A DNA stretch of 63,670 bases, filler included, from Octopus bimaculoides (taxonomy: Eukaryota), in the NCBI RefSeq assembly GCF_001194135.2. It is 9 parts of 8 records of this genome, joined end to end, with 100 filler letters (N's around TTAATTAATTAA, not from the genome) between each part and the next. Parts side by side here need not be neighbours in the genome. Positions count along the whole stretch, not along the records: positions 50,608 to 54,730 come from NC_068988.1; positions 54,831 to 62,399 come from NC_068990.1; positions 62,500 to 63,670 come from NC_068997.1; 6 more parts are not named here. The stretch is one strand, 5' to 3'. Each line of letters starts with the position of its first letter. Position 1 is the first letter of the stretch. A program made the translations under genes and the position numbers. The notes below the pieces were generated by a model, which saw nothing but the letters and a program-made list of their open reading frames with translations, was not told where the DNA came from and ran no database searches. Positions 52,991 to 63,670 of this stretch are shown here, one piece after another.

Positions 52991-53724
52991 CATTAAGGAA
53001 ACGGTTTCTCAGGTGGGATACGAAACATCAAACCTTTGTTCTGTAAAGCAGGTATTTTAATTCAGTTGAACGAGACCTATTAAATTTTATCGACATCATG
53101 TGATTGTAAATAACTTTAAAAATAGATATAAGAATAGAATTATAATTGTTATCTGAACGTTTCTATAGAATAGCAAGTTTTGAAGATTCCGTGCTTGAAT
53201 TTTCCTGTCATATAATGTTATGTAGTTAAATTAAATATTTCAAGATATATTTGCTGAGTTATTCGCCAGAGTAATAATTACTACCGCTGTAAACAGCTGG
53301 GTTTCCCAATCTGTCTTCTGTGTATTAAGTAGCAGAAATGTTCACTGGCGGAGAAATATCTTTCTTGCTTTATAACTTTCTTGGAAGTATTCCAGCTCTG
53401 TTTTAATGACGTAACAGTTTCAATTAATTGCATCTACAAAGACTGTTACTGAGAAAAATTTCACCGTCTCCACCACACGCCATTTATGTGACTCACCCGA
53501 CGTTTCACTACTTTCTCTGTTAACTGGGCCAGTTAACCAGACATCCGTCCTTTCAACCTACGGACAAATCAACTAGCTGGCTAAGTCAATCAACCATCAA
53601 ACACCAAACATCAACCAATTAATATCATTAGAAGTAGTGATTAGGGATGCGTAGATTACGGTGTCAGACTTTCAAACTTAATATCACGAGTTCGTCTCCC
53701 AGCACCGGTGTTAGATGCAGGAAA

Positions 53725-54111
53725 GTTGTTGTTGGCACTCCGTCGCTTACGACGTCGAGGGTTCCAGTTGATCCAATCAACAGAACAGCCTGCTCGTGAA
53801 ATTAACGTGCAAGTGGCTGAGCACTCCACAGATACGTGTACCCTTAACGTAGTTCTCGGGGATATTCAGCGTGATACAGTGTGACAAGGCTGACCCTTTG
53901 AATTACAGGCATAACAGAAACAAGAAGTAAGAGTGAGAGGAAGTTGTGGTGGAAGAGTACAGCAGGGTTCGCCACCATCCCCTGCCGGAGCCTTGTGGAG
54001 CTTTAGGTGTTTTCGCTCAATAAACACTCACAACGCCCGGTCTGAGAATCGAAACCGCGATCCTATGACCGCGAGTCCGCTGCCCTAACCACTGGGCCAT
54101 TGCGCCTCCAC
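53725..54111 (-). mobile_element. tRNA-derived SINE family C, near-intact
   Basis: A- and B-box head on the minus strand; TSD-like GATGCAGGAAAG / GATGCAGAAAAG flanks. Confidence 0.92.
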
Positions 54112-54224
54112 TGATGCAGAAAAGAAGACAGACACAAAGAGAAAGCGAGTGCGGAGGAGTGAAACAGAAAAAACAACTGGAAGAAACAGAGGATTGAATT
54201 GATGTTTAGTTCCGGGTTAGCCGC

Positions 54225-54625
54225 GACCCCTGCCGCCATTCTTGAGTGGAAAGTGTAGCCTGTCTACATCTCCATTACTGTAACACTGAGTTCATAAGTC
54301 TATCGTAGTAGCCAGTTAGAAGGCCAGATGTGGACGTGAGGACAAGTCCTACAAAGGTACAGTGGGTGATATGCTTGTTGTAAGCTTGTGTTTAGACAAC
54401 CATATTTTTAGAACTCTCTGGAGGCATTTATTTCATTGTTCTCCCCATATTAATGAGCCACTCATAGCTGATATTCTCAATCTGTCCAATATACTTGTAG
54501 CTTTCCCTAGGAAGCAAAAGCTAGTTTTGGGTCATTCATGATTATTGTCTTGGATGAATGCAAAAGTTTCCCAAGTTTTCCCATCAAGAATGGACATTTG
54601 GACTCACCAAGTTTCATTCTAATTC
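54225..54625 (-). mobile_element. REL-type (R4-like) reverse transcriptase relic
   Basis: IRMKLGESKC...ESYKYIGQ...AYNKHITHCTF...NGDVDRLHFPLKNGGRG (DxxRLYxxRxxGGRG motif). Confidence 0.75.
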
Positions 54626-54652
54626 ACGTATGCATGTATGCATATCTATACG

Positions 54653-54730
<78 letters not shown>

Positions 54731-54830
54731 NNNNNNNNNNNNNNNNNNNNNNNNNNNNNNNNNNNNNNNNNNNNTTAATTAATTAANNNNNNNNNNNNNN
54801 NNNNNNNNNNNNNNNNNNNNNNNNNNNNNN

Positions 54831-55060
54831 TGTGTGTGTGTGTGTGTGTACATGCTTGTGTGTCTGTGTTTGTCCCCCCAACATCGCTTGACAACCGATG
54901 CTGGTGTGTTCATGTCCCCGTAACTTAGCGGTTCAGCAAAACAGACCGATAGAATAAGTACTAGGCTTACAAAGAATAAGTCCCGGGGTCGATATGCTCG
55001 ACTAAAGGCGGTGCTCCAGCATGACCGCAGTCAAATGACTGAAACAAGTAAAAGAGTATC
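54831..55060 (+). mobile_element. SINE family B, 3' half
   Basis: GTGTCTGTGTTTGTCCCCCAACATCGCTTGACAACC...AAAGGCGGTGCTCCAGCATGACCGCAGTCAAATGACTGAAACAAGTAAAAGAG. Confidence 0.9.
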
Positions 55061-55264
55061 AAAATTATTTAAATACATATTTCTGTTTTGGTATTGCACG
55101 TGTGCTTGCGCGTTTCTTCCGCTATTTCCGGTACCTCGACCAATGAGCTACTCTGAGAACAACAGTTGTTGTTGTTGCTGTTTTCGTTGTTGTTGTTGTT
55201 GTTGTTGTTCTCTTGATTTTGTTTTTCTAATATTTTCAACTTCCGGCTAGAAAGCCCTTAAATG

Positions 55265-55560
55265 ATAGGCAGCCCCGCTGGTGCACATGTTGTACAACTT
55301 GACAGTCTATTCTGCAGCACAAGTCTCACTGCTTCTCTTGCCACATCCATGTTGGTCTAACACACCTGAGTAACCTTGTGGTCATTTCTCGGTCAGTGAC
55401 GACCCCATTCGATCACACGCCTCTTCTAGTCACTTCCGCGTTCAAAACATGCCCGTACTGTGCTACAAAGATGGTAACGACCTGAAGATCAACATCTTCT
55501 CTAATGTCCTTCACCGTGACCTTCATGCTGCACCGATCCATATATTGTGCCAGTGGTCTA
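55265..55560 (-). pseudogene. Possible L1/Tx1-type ORF1 relic
   Basis: VKDIREDVDLQVVTIFVAQYGHVLNA...VRLVLQNRLSSCTTC resembles the RRM-to-zinc-knuckle region of Tx1-like ORF1. A weaker similar segment lies at ~12950-13490 (minus). Motif resemblance only. Confidence 0.35.
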
Positions 55561-56319
55561 TAAGTTTATTGTGGTCTATAGTGACCTATAGGTAGATGTA
55601 TGAGACGCCTGCTTAACCTGTTTTTTTTCGGCGCGTTTTCATGTTTGAAATTAGGTCCCATAAACCCTATCCCTTTCTTTCTTCTTACGCACTCATAGAT
55701 AAATATTTCAGGTGATGAAGCGTTTTGTTCGTAACATATTTCTGCTAAGTAGATATTTTCTCAGGTTATTCATGTTCAATTTCTCAATGATACTAACAAC
55801 GTAGCAAAATAATTACTACTAGTTATGTCTGTGTTGTTCAAAACAAGACTTTCGTTTCTTGTCATTCGGCAAAACGTGGTCGTTGTTGTTGTTTTGTAAA
55901 AAGTATCGTTCAAATCAACGTTTGTAATTGCTTAAATATCGTGAAGTTTTCGTCTATAATGCGTCAGACTTGCCGTGAAATTAAATTTGTTCTTATTTTT
56001 ATTTAACAATTTTCCCGATGACTTATTATATTTAGTTCCTCTAATGTTTTAGGGGCGGTTTTCTGCCGAGAGGGCACTTTGTGCTGAATATAAACAAAAA
56101 CAGAAGAAAAAAATATTCTCCAAAACTGACGGACGTTACGGCTCCCTCGGTTCAGGTTGGGCATTCTAACACCTCCCAGAAGGTATCCGATAAAAATTAT
56201 CAAAAACTAAATTTCTTTTTCATTTGTACTTCGTAAGAAATTCAAAATTCTCTGAACAAAGTAGAGACAAGTCTCGTGGTAACTTACAACAACAATCGAT
56301 ATAAACGTATTTGTCAAGA

Positions 56320-56735
56320 CCTACCAAAAACTGAGCAAGTATAAAGATTTTGAAACAGAAATTATCAAAATGTGGAACCTGAAAACTAAAACAATACCTG
56401 TTGTCATAGGTACCCTAGGAATGATAGCAAAAGGAGCTGATTGCTACCTAGCTCAGATACTAGGAAACCCCCAAATAGCAGAAATTCAAAAGATAGTGCT
56501 CATGGGAACTGCCCATATCCTACTGTCTATGTAATCTCAAGTTTTAAAACAAACATAATTTTCTTATGGCTTCTTAAACATTCTCTAGAACAACACTATG
56601 TACAAAACCAAATATATGTCACCCTGAGCATAACACCAACATGAACTTCTAACTTGTTGTCTCTTGAGGTCTCTGGGTGAGACTTGGAGCCAACTTGTAC
56701 AAATGCAAAACAAAAGTCAAAAATAAAATAATAAT
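56320..56735 (+). mobile_element. R4/Dong-type LINE 3' fragment ending in (AAT)n
   Basis: KLSKYKDFETEIIKMWNLKTKTIPVVIGTLGMIAKGADCYLAQILGNPQIAEIQKIVLMGTAHIL, then a UTR shared with 9138-9500. Confidence 0.9.
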
Positions 56736-56746
56736 AATAATAATAA

Positions 56747-57067
56747 TCTTGCTATAATGTCCGCCCGTCTGTCTATTCCCTCTTCACAGTCAAACGGTTA
56801 GACCAATGGTCAAGATGTTTTTCGGGATTACGAAGTACGTAATCAAGGTTTTTAGCGAAAAAAAATGTGAAAAGTACGATTCTTTAGAGGATATTGAGTT
56901 ATGTATTAATAAATTACTTTTGATTATTTTTTTTTTTTTTTTTGAAATTCCGGCGACGAGGATTAACTCTGGATTCCACCCCGACCCCCGTATATTTCGT
57001 GAATTTAGAGGGTTTAGATTTGCAATAATATCCCTTTATTTCCCATCGTAGATGGGCAGATTTTCTA
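56747..57067 (+). mobile_element. Non-autonomous Helitron, copy 1
   Basis: 5' TCTTGCTATAAT after an A; 3' hairpin CCCATC-GTA-GATGGG (57042-57056) followed by CAGATTTTCTA. Confidence 0.8.
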
Positions 57068-58180
57068 TCTTACTATAATGGGCATTATGTCCGTCTGTCC
57101 ATCTCTTCGCGGCCAGATGGCTGGGCTAATGGTTACGATATTTTTCGGGATTACAAAGAAAGTCGTCAGAAAGGTTTTTAGCATTAAGAAAATTCAAAAA
57201 GTATGAATATTTCGTGGATATCGATTTTTGAATTGATAAACCACCTGCACATTTTTATTAAAAATTCATCGACCACGAGTAACTCTGGATTTTCATCGTA
57301 TAGTTCGTGGCCCCATCGTAGATACAAAGGGGGTCATGAGGACAGTTAATAGCGAAAATAAAATGGAAAAAGTGTATGTCAGTATATAGTGTGTGTGATT
57401 ATCTAGTGGTTATTGAAGTATGTCAGTCTCGAGCAGGATTCGAAACGGCTAATCGAAGTGGCTGTTGTTTACATCTCAGTTTTGTCAATCAAAATAACCC
57501 ATCGTACCAGAACATCCAGACGTTATTCGCATAGAACAGTGAGAAGTAAGTCTTAGTTTGATTTTTTTACAACTCTATAGAATCCGCTCGCGCATTCACA
57601 GCAAACAAGGCAGAGGGCCAGACTTTAGATCGTGTAGGTGTATTTTTATCCACGGCGAGTTATACGTTGTTATGAGTAGAGCAACGGACTTCGGTAATTT
57701 GAAAATTAATGTCGACCAAACAGAAAATATAGTATACTAAGAATTTTGTAGTCATATTGATATTATCGAAAGGAATATGATTCATAATTTAAATAAGGAA
57801 ATTTGTTAACTTTAAATGTATAAGAGTATAAACAAGCGTAAAATAGTGTAAACAACTAAAATAAAAGTATATCTAAATAGCTTTTTTTTTTTCTTGATAC
57901 GTTTTATGTAGTGGTCGTAGGAAGCTCTGGTTTTCCTTAGGAGTGGTCCATATAACCATTCATGATACAGAGGCTGGGAACCTATTTCAGCTTGGGAGTG
58001 AATCGTCATCACTTAGTTGCAAACGAATGTCATGTAGCTGCAATAGAATGCTGTATCACCAACAATAATGTGATTTCTCTAAGTAATTTATCGAGTCCAT
58101 TTACACATTTCTCAATACATACTGCTGTTATGACTTTCCTCCCTTATTATATGCCCCATCGTAGATGGGTAGATTTGCTA

Positions 58181-58181
<1 letters not shown>
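57068..58181 (+). mobile_element. Helitron, copy 2, with PIF1-helicase C-terminal remnant
   Basis: 5' TCTTACTATAAT, first ~250 bp similar to copy 1; AFTANKAEGQTLDRVGVFL / HGELYVVMSR...TENIVY at 57592-57740; hairpin 58155-58169, then CTAG (58178-58181) followed by T. Confidence 0.88.
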
Positions 58182-58268
<87 letters not shown>

Positions 58269-58937
58269 GTTTGATGTTCATTAATAATAACGGCAGCAAA
58301 AGCGAAGGTGAAGTTAAATGATGAAAAGTTGGTATAGTCACAGTCGTTTCAACTAGTGCCAGATATACTGAAAACAAGAAAAATTCAAAATTTCTATCTA
58401 CTTTGATGAAATAACGATAAAAAAATAAGATGACGGTGGGAACAGTAAAAATATTAGTGGAGACATCGAAGATTACGTGTTAGAAACAATTTTTCTGTTG
58501 CAGATTTTGAAGATTTTGTGACATGAAAAAACACAAGTTGGGGAGATTGCTAATTGAAAATACAGCTGATTTCGACAAACGAATTTCGTGTTTACTCGAT
58601 ATGTGATATAATAGCTATACAAATATAGGAAAGATTTTCTTTCAAAGACAGATGAAAGATGAGCAAAATTCTAAAGAATAACTAAATGAAAAACTGAAAA
58701 TGTTTTCGAGGCAAATAGAAAAGAATTTGAAGGAACAAACAACATAGCAGAGAAATTTCCTACTAATACAACTGTATTTAGAAATAAAATACAAGAAGAA
58801 AGTTAACCACTTTCTATCTATATTACACAAATTGTTCTTGGTCGGCGTTTCTGCCTCTTTTGAGAATATTTAAGGCTTCATCTAAAAGGGGACATAAATA
58901 GAAAGTTATATGGGAAAAAAAACTATAAACGAAGACA

Positions 58938-59882
58938 TACAGAGGGTGCGATGGATAAATTTTCGCCATTTTATATTTTTTATTTCGTGCATGCACATTG
59001 TTTGCTTTTGATTTTGTCGACTACACGATATAGTAGGGGCAGTTGGGCACCGTATGTGAGAAAAACAGCACCATGACGCAATTCACACTGCCAGAAATTT
59101 GGAAACAACATGTTGTACTGCTTAGCGTTCGCGCCGCTGGAAGCTCCAATACAAACATTTCAGAGTGTTTGGGTGTCAATCTGAAGACAGTGCAATCTGA
59201 GGACAGTGCAATCTGAGGACAGTGCAATCTGAGGACAGTGCAATCTGAGGACATGTACTGAGAGTGATAAAAATCAAGCATCCAGTCAACATCATAGTGT
59301 TTGGAGTGATCACTAGTAATGAAAACGTTATGCCCCCATTCATCTTCCCACACGACCTCAGACTCAACACGGAGGCCTACATCAAATGCCTGGATGAGGT
59401 AGTACAGCTCTGGGTCAAGAGGGTGGCTGCTGCAAGACCCTATCTCAGGCACCAGGACTCTGCACCATACCACACAAGCAGGAGAACCCAGTCATAGCTG
59501 TCAGACAATTTCTGCGACCACACCATCCCTAACAACTGGTCACCTAACTCCCCAGACTGCAACCCCCTTGATTATTATGTGTGGAACGCAGTTGAGCGAG
59601 AGACCAACAAAACTCCTTGTAACACCAAAGATGAACTGAAGGCACGGATTATGGTAGCATTCATCAACTTAAACAAGGAGACCGACCAGAAGAATTGCAG
59701 GAGATTCTGAAGTTGTCAGAAGGCCGTGGTTCCAATGGCGATTTTACTGAATGAATTTACTCTTTAGTATTTCAAGATATTTTTATGCAATTTTGATAAA
59801 TATATCTGTTAAAATGAGATGTCAGTGTTATTTTTATTTTTGCGTAATTTAGACGAAAGTTTATTCCCCGCACCGTGAATAT
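58938..59882 (+). mobile_element. maT (DD37D) Tc1/mariner element, internally deleted
   Basis: TA-flanked imperfect TIRs; KHPVNIIVFGVITS, QDSAPYHTSRRTQS*L...WSPNSPDCNPLDYYVW with 37 residues between the Ds; 16-bp tandem at 59177-59253. Confidence 0.9.
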
Positions 59883-60175
59883 TCATTCTTATACATCAAC
59901 CCATAATAATTCATTATGTGTGCGATGAACAACAAGAATCAAGACAATGACATACATATTCATTCTCAATACGTTACAGCAGATTCGAAAGCGAATATGG
60001 TAAAATGTAAAATAGAGAAACCAGGAAATGCTAATTATCAAAATAAGGATATCACTAACCGGTAACGTCTTTAGAATATTTTTATCATTTGTTGTCGCAT
60101 TGGCGTTATTATCAGATACCATTATCAATGAAATCAAAGAACTTAAATCTTTGCCAGTGTATGGATTTAAAGCTA

Positions 60176-60364
60176 ATACAGTTCTATATTTAAGAGATGA
60201 AGAATTATGTACATTATTTACATTTGACGGATACTTGACCTCATCTTGTTTGGTGTTAACACAACGTTTCGGCTGATATACTCTCCAGCCTTCATCAGGT
60301 GTCTTGGGGAAATTTCGAACTTGGGCTATCATTCCTAAGGTATTTTTCGATGTTATTATCATTA

Positions 60365-60420
<56 letters not shown>

Positions 60421-60480
60421 AGTCACTGCTTGGAGTCGAACTCAGAATCTTGGGGTTAATAGCCCGCGCTCTTAACCATT
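60176..60480 (-). mobile_element. tRNA-like head + (AAT)n + Penelope-LTR-like segment carrying a hammerhead
   Basis: Minus strand: TGGTTAAGAGCGCGGGCTATTAACCCCAAGATTCTGAGTTCGACTCC, (AAT)n, ...CCCCAAGACACCTGATGAAGGCTG...CAGCCGAAACGTTGTGTT... Confidence 0.7.
60258..60303 (-). ncRNA. Minimal type I hammerhead ribozyme (Penelope-type, dimer-dependent)
   Basis: GACAC-CUGAUGA-A-GGCUG-(10 nt)-CAGCC-GAAA-CG-U-U-GUGUU. All conserved core nucleotides are present, stem III is the palindrome ACGU, and the triplet is GUU. Confidence 0.7.
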
Positions 60481-60578
60481 TGTAGTTACCATTTGTTCTG
60501 GGGTATGCAGTCCATCGACCCCTTCCCATCTATCCTCCACTGAAAGATGGACGGGGAGGTAGCGATGGGCCACATTCA

Positions 60579-60621
<43 letters not shown>

Positions 60622-61099
60622 TACATGTTTTTCCTTTTCTCTATTTTCTTTTCTTACCTCTCCCATTTCTGATAGACACGCAAGAAGAAATATATATTCT
60701 ATTACAATAAATCTAAGCCACTAAATTATTAAACAGCTTGTCTTTAAAAACCTATGGTAAGCAAATATTATCTATATACAAGTAGTGTATATCACTATAC
60801 ATTACATGTATGGTGATATCGGATCGCTATACATGTAGATCCGATATATCTCGGAAGTTAATTAGATTATATTGATTTCTAGCTTAGGTACAAGAACTTC
60901 CAAATTTGGGATGTGTTATCATTTAAATAGACCCTAGTATTTGAAAGACGATTGATTTTTGTCACTCCCAGAAGGAAAATAGGCAATGTTTGTCTCGGCA
61001 GGAACTGAACCCAAAGACAAAATTAAATGCTATAAAGCAATTCCTAAAAGCTGTAATTCTATTGATTCCGCCAATCTACAGACATAGTAATATAGAATT

Positions 61100-61250
61100 C
61101 TTTCCAATTTTGACACAAAGCCGGCAATTCTGAGGATGGATGGAAGTCGATTGCATCATCCCAAGCCATCAACTGGTATTTATTTTATCGACCCCGAAAG
61201 GATGAAAGGCAATTTCGGCCTCGGCGGAATTTGAATTCAGAACGTGAACT
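61100..61250 (-). mobile_element. SINE family A, 3' two-thirds
   Basis: TTTATCGACCCCGAAAGGATGAAAGGC...CGGCGGAATTTGAATTCAGAACG. More decayed pieces lie at ~60920-61070 and ~61340-61440. Confidence 0.82.
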
Positions 61251-61644
61251 GGACCTAAACCTTGTAATATTATAATATTAATTACATAATTTAACTTTAA
61301 TCAACATTTTGTGTGATGTATAGTCGACAGAACAGCTATGAATATCACATATATACTTACTTCATCAGTCCTAGAGGAATGAAGGACAGTTTTCGAGCAG
61401 GCAAGATTTGAACTCAGGATGTAGAGACGAGAAACTAAACGTAAGCAAAGCATATAGCCAGTCGTTTCTAACCATCAATACTTAAGCTTAGCCGTCACTC
61501 GCAAGCGAGTTTGATCTGGTAACTTCGTGTCATACTTTCGCTTACTATTTTAGATACCTATGCAGTCACAATCAGGTATAGACACCCTCTCGGCTCCCTC
61601 CCTCTCGAAGGAAGCATCGAAGATGCGACCATTAGAGGGAGACG

Positions 61645-61805
61645 GCTACACTAGTATTTTGCATGTGCTCATTGTCAGCTGAGTACACTTGAGCAGTATC
61701 AAATGATGTGCCTTGCTTAAAGACACAACACTCTGCCCGATCCAGGAACTCAACCCACAACCTTGTGATTGTGAATCCAACATTCTAATCACGAGGCCGC
61801 ACACC
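61645..61805 (-). mobile_element. tRNA/CORE-like SINE family D, 5' part
   Basis: CAGCTGAGTACACTTGAGC...GCCTTGCTTAAAGACACAAC...GGAACTCAACCCACAACCTTGTG. Another copy lies at ~47690-47800. Confidence 0.7.
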
Positions 61806-62501
61806 TTCACACTGATGATAATATTGCTTAAAATCATTGTTTCAAGTATTTTACTACTGCCACTGCGACTGTGTTTAATTAAGATAAGTTTATTTGTGCC
61901 TACGATAATAATTAATCATACATTCTTTTATTCACTGCATTAACCTTTAAGGGCTACACTAATTAATATCGAACATGTTATACTGGCTTTCCAAAGAAAA
62001 AAATACCGTAATTTTTTTTAATTATTTTCTTTTTTATCATTCGTAAAAGGTTAAAAAATTGGAAAAGAGATAGTTAATAATACCGACAGACTTCTGGAAC
62101 CATTACTATGTGCTTTTTGTTTGATAGAGAAAGAATTATCATCCGAAAAGGGTAAAAAGTAGTAATTTCCAAATTTACTTTATCACAGAACCATTTTATG
62201 TTTAAACCAACACTATGTACTATCCCCATCGCCACTCTGATTGAAATACTTAATGAAAAAAAATCTAGGAGGGAGACTCGAAACGTTAAAGACTTTTTCA
62301 ATTCTCGAGCGTTATACTAATACATCTGTTTGTTTTCTACACCACCTGTCTTTGTCTTTTTTTTGTGAATTCTCCCTATATATATATATATATATATATN
62401 NNNNNNNNNNNNNNNNNNNNNNNNNNNNNNNNNNNNNNNNNNNTTAATTAATTAANNNNNNNNNNNNNNNNNNNNNNNNNNNNNNNNNNNNNNNNNNNNC
62501 A

Positions 62502-63670
62502 GCAACATCAGAATCAGCAGCAGCAGCACCAGGAGCAACAACAGAATCAACAGCAGCAACACCAGCAGCAACATCAGAATCAACAGCAGCAACACCAGCA
62601 GCAACATCAGAATCAACAGCAGCAACACCAGCAGCAACAACAGAATCAACAGCAGCAACACCAGAAGCAACAACAGAATCAACAGCAGCAACACCAGCAG
62701 CAACATCAGAATCAACAGCAGCAACACCTGCAGCAACATCAACAGCAGCAACACCTGCAGCAACATCAGAATCAACAGCAGCAACACCAGCAGCAACAAC
62801 AGAATCAACAGCAGCAACACCAGAATCAACAGCAGTACCAACAGCAGCAACATCAGAATCAACAGCAGCAACATCAGCAGCAACATCAGAATCAACAGCA
62901 GTACCAGCAACAGCAACATCAGAATCAACAGCAGCAACACCAGCAGCAACAACAGAATCAACAGCAGCANNNNNNNNNNNNNNNNNNNNNNNNNNNNNNN
63001 NNNNNNNNNNTGCAGCAACATCAGAATCAACAGCAGCAACACCAGCAGCAACAACAGAATCAACAGCAGCAACACCAGCAGCAACAACAGAATCAACAGC
63101 AGCACCAGCAGCAGCAACATCAGAATCAACAGCAGCAACAGCAGCAGCAACACCAGCAGCAACATCAGAATCAACAGCAGCAACACCAGCAGCAACATTA
63201 GAATCAACAGCAGCAACACCAGCAGCAACATCAGAATCAACAGCAGCAACATCAGAATCAACAGTAGCAACACCAACGTTAGAATTAACAACACCAACGT
63301 TAGAATCAACAACTCCAACGTTAGAATCAACAACTCCAACGTTAGAATCAACAACACCAACGTTAGAATCAACAACTCCAACGTTTGAATCAACAACACC
63401 AACGTTAGAATCAACAACTCCAACGTTAGAATCAACAACACCAAGGTTAGAATCAGCAACTCCAACGTTAGAATCAACAACACCAACGTTAGAATCAACA
63501 ACACAATCGTTAGAATCAACAACTCCAACGTTAGAATCAACAACACCAACGTTAGAATCAACAACTCCAACGTTAGAATCAACAACACCAACGTTAGAAT
63601 CAACAACTCCAACGTTAGAATCAACAACTCCAACGTTAGAATCAACAACTCCAACGTTAGAATCAACAAC
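62502..63670 (+). CDS. Mucin-like PTS-domain exon (partial): (AATSESTAATP)n then (TLESTTP)n
   Basis: Stop-free frame starting GCA at 62502 and continuing across a 41-N gap to the window end. 33-bp then 21-bp units; the commonest variants are synonymous in this frame (ACA/ACT, CCA/CCT). No start, stop or splice site is visible. Confidence 0.75.

Noticed and set aside
54040-54111. tRNA-like sequences (also 26790-26859, 60420-60480 and other SINE heads) as tRNA genes
   Set aside because: They lack a complete acceptor stem and continue into SINE bodies.
62452-63669. 405-aa Leu-rich minus-strand ORF
   Set aside because: It is the antisense shadow of the mucin-like repeat and begins and ends in N or linker sequence.

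Overview
Animal genomic DNA, AT-rich and very dense in di-, tri- and tetranucleotide microsatellites, with many N gaps. The repeat families and microsatellite load look like an octopus/cephalopod assembly (inference from recalled repeat families, not a search). Eight 100-bp spacers (N-TTAATTAATTAA-N, stops in all six frames) join nine sequence blocks, so adjacency across them is artificial. Most of the window is decayed mobile DNA: four tRNA-derived SINE families, RTE, CR1-group and R4/Dong-type (REL endonuclease) LINE fragments, several Penelope-like (GIY-YIG) relics, a D,D34D mariner, a DD37D maT element, a Tigger, hAT/Tc1/piggyBac-like MITEs, a solo LTR and a tandem Helitron pair. The only convincing host coding sequence is a + strand Ser/Thr/Ala/Pro-rich mucin-like repeat exon at the 3' end (62502-63670), which the ORF track misses. 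The most interesting signals are minimal hammerhead ribozyme motifs in Penelope-like non-autonomous elements. One is intact and sits behind a tRNA-like head (60258-60303, minus). Another lies in a foldback element and has the C3-G8 core pair swapped to G3-C8 (2341-2381). R4/Dong fragments also appear tied to two different microsatellites, (AAT)n and (CATA)n. Nearly all listed ORFs are microsatellite or N-gap artefacts. Element boundaries were read by eye and are approximate unless a TSD or terminal motif is quoted.
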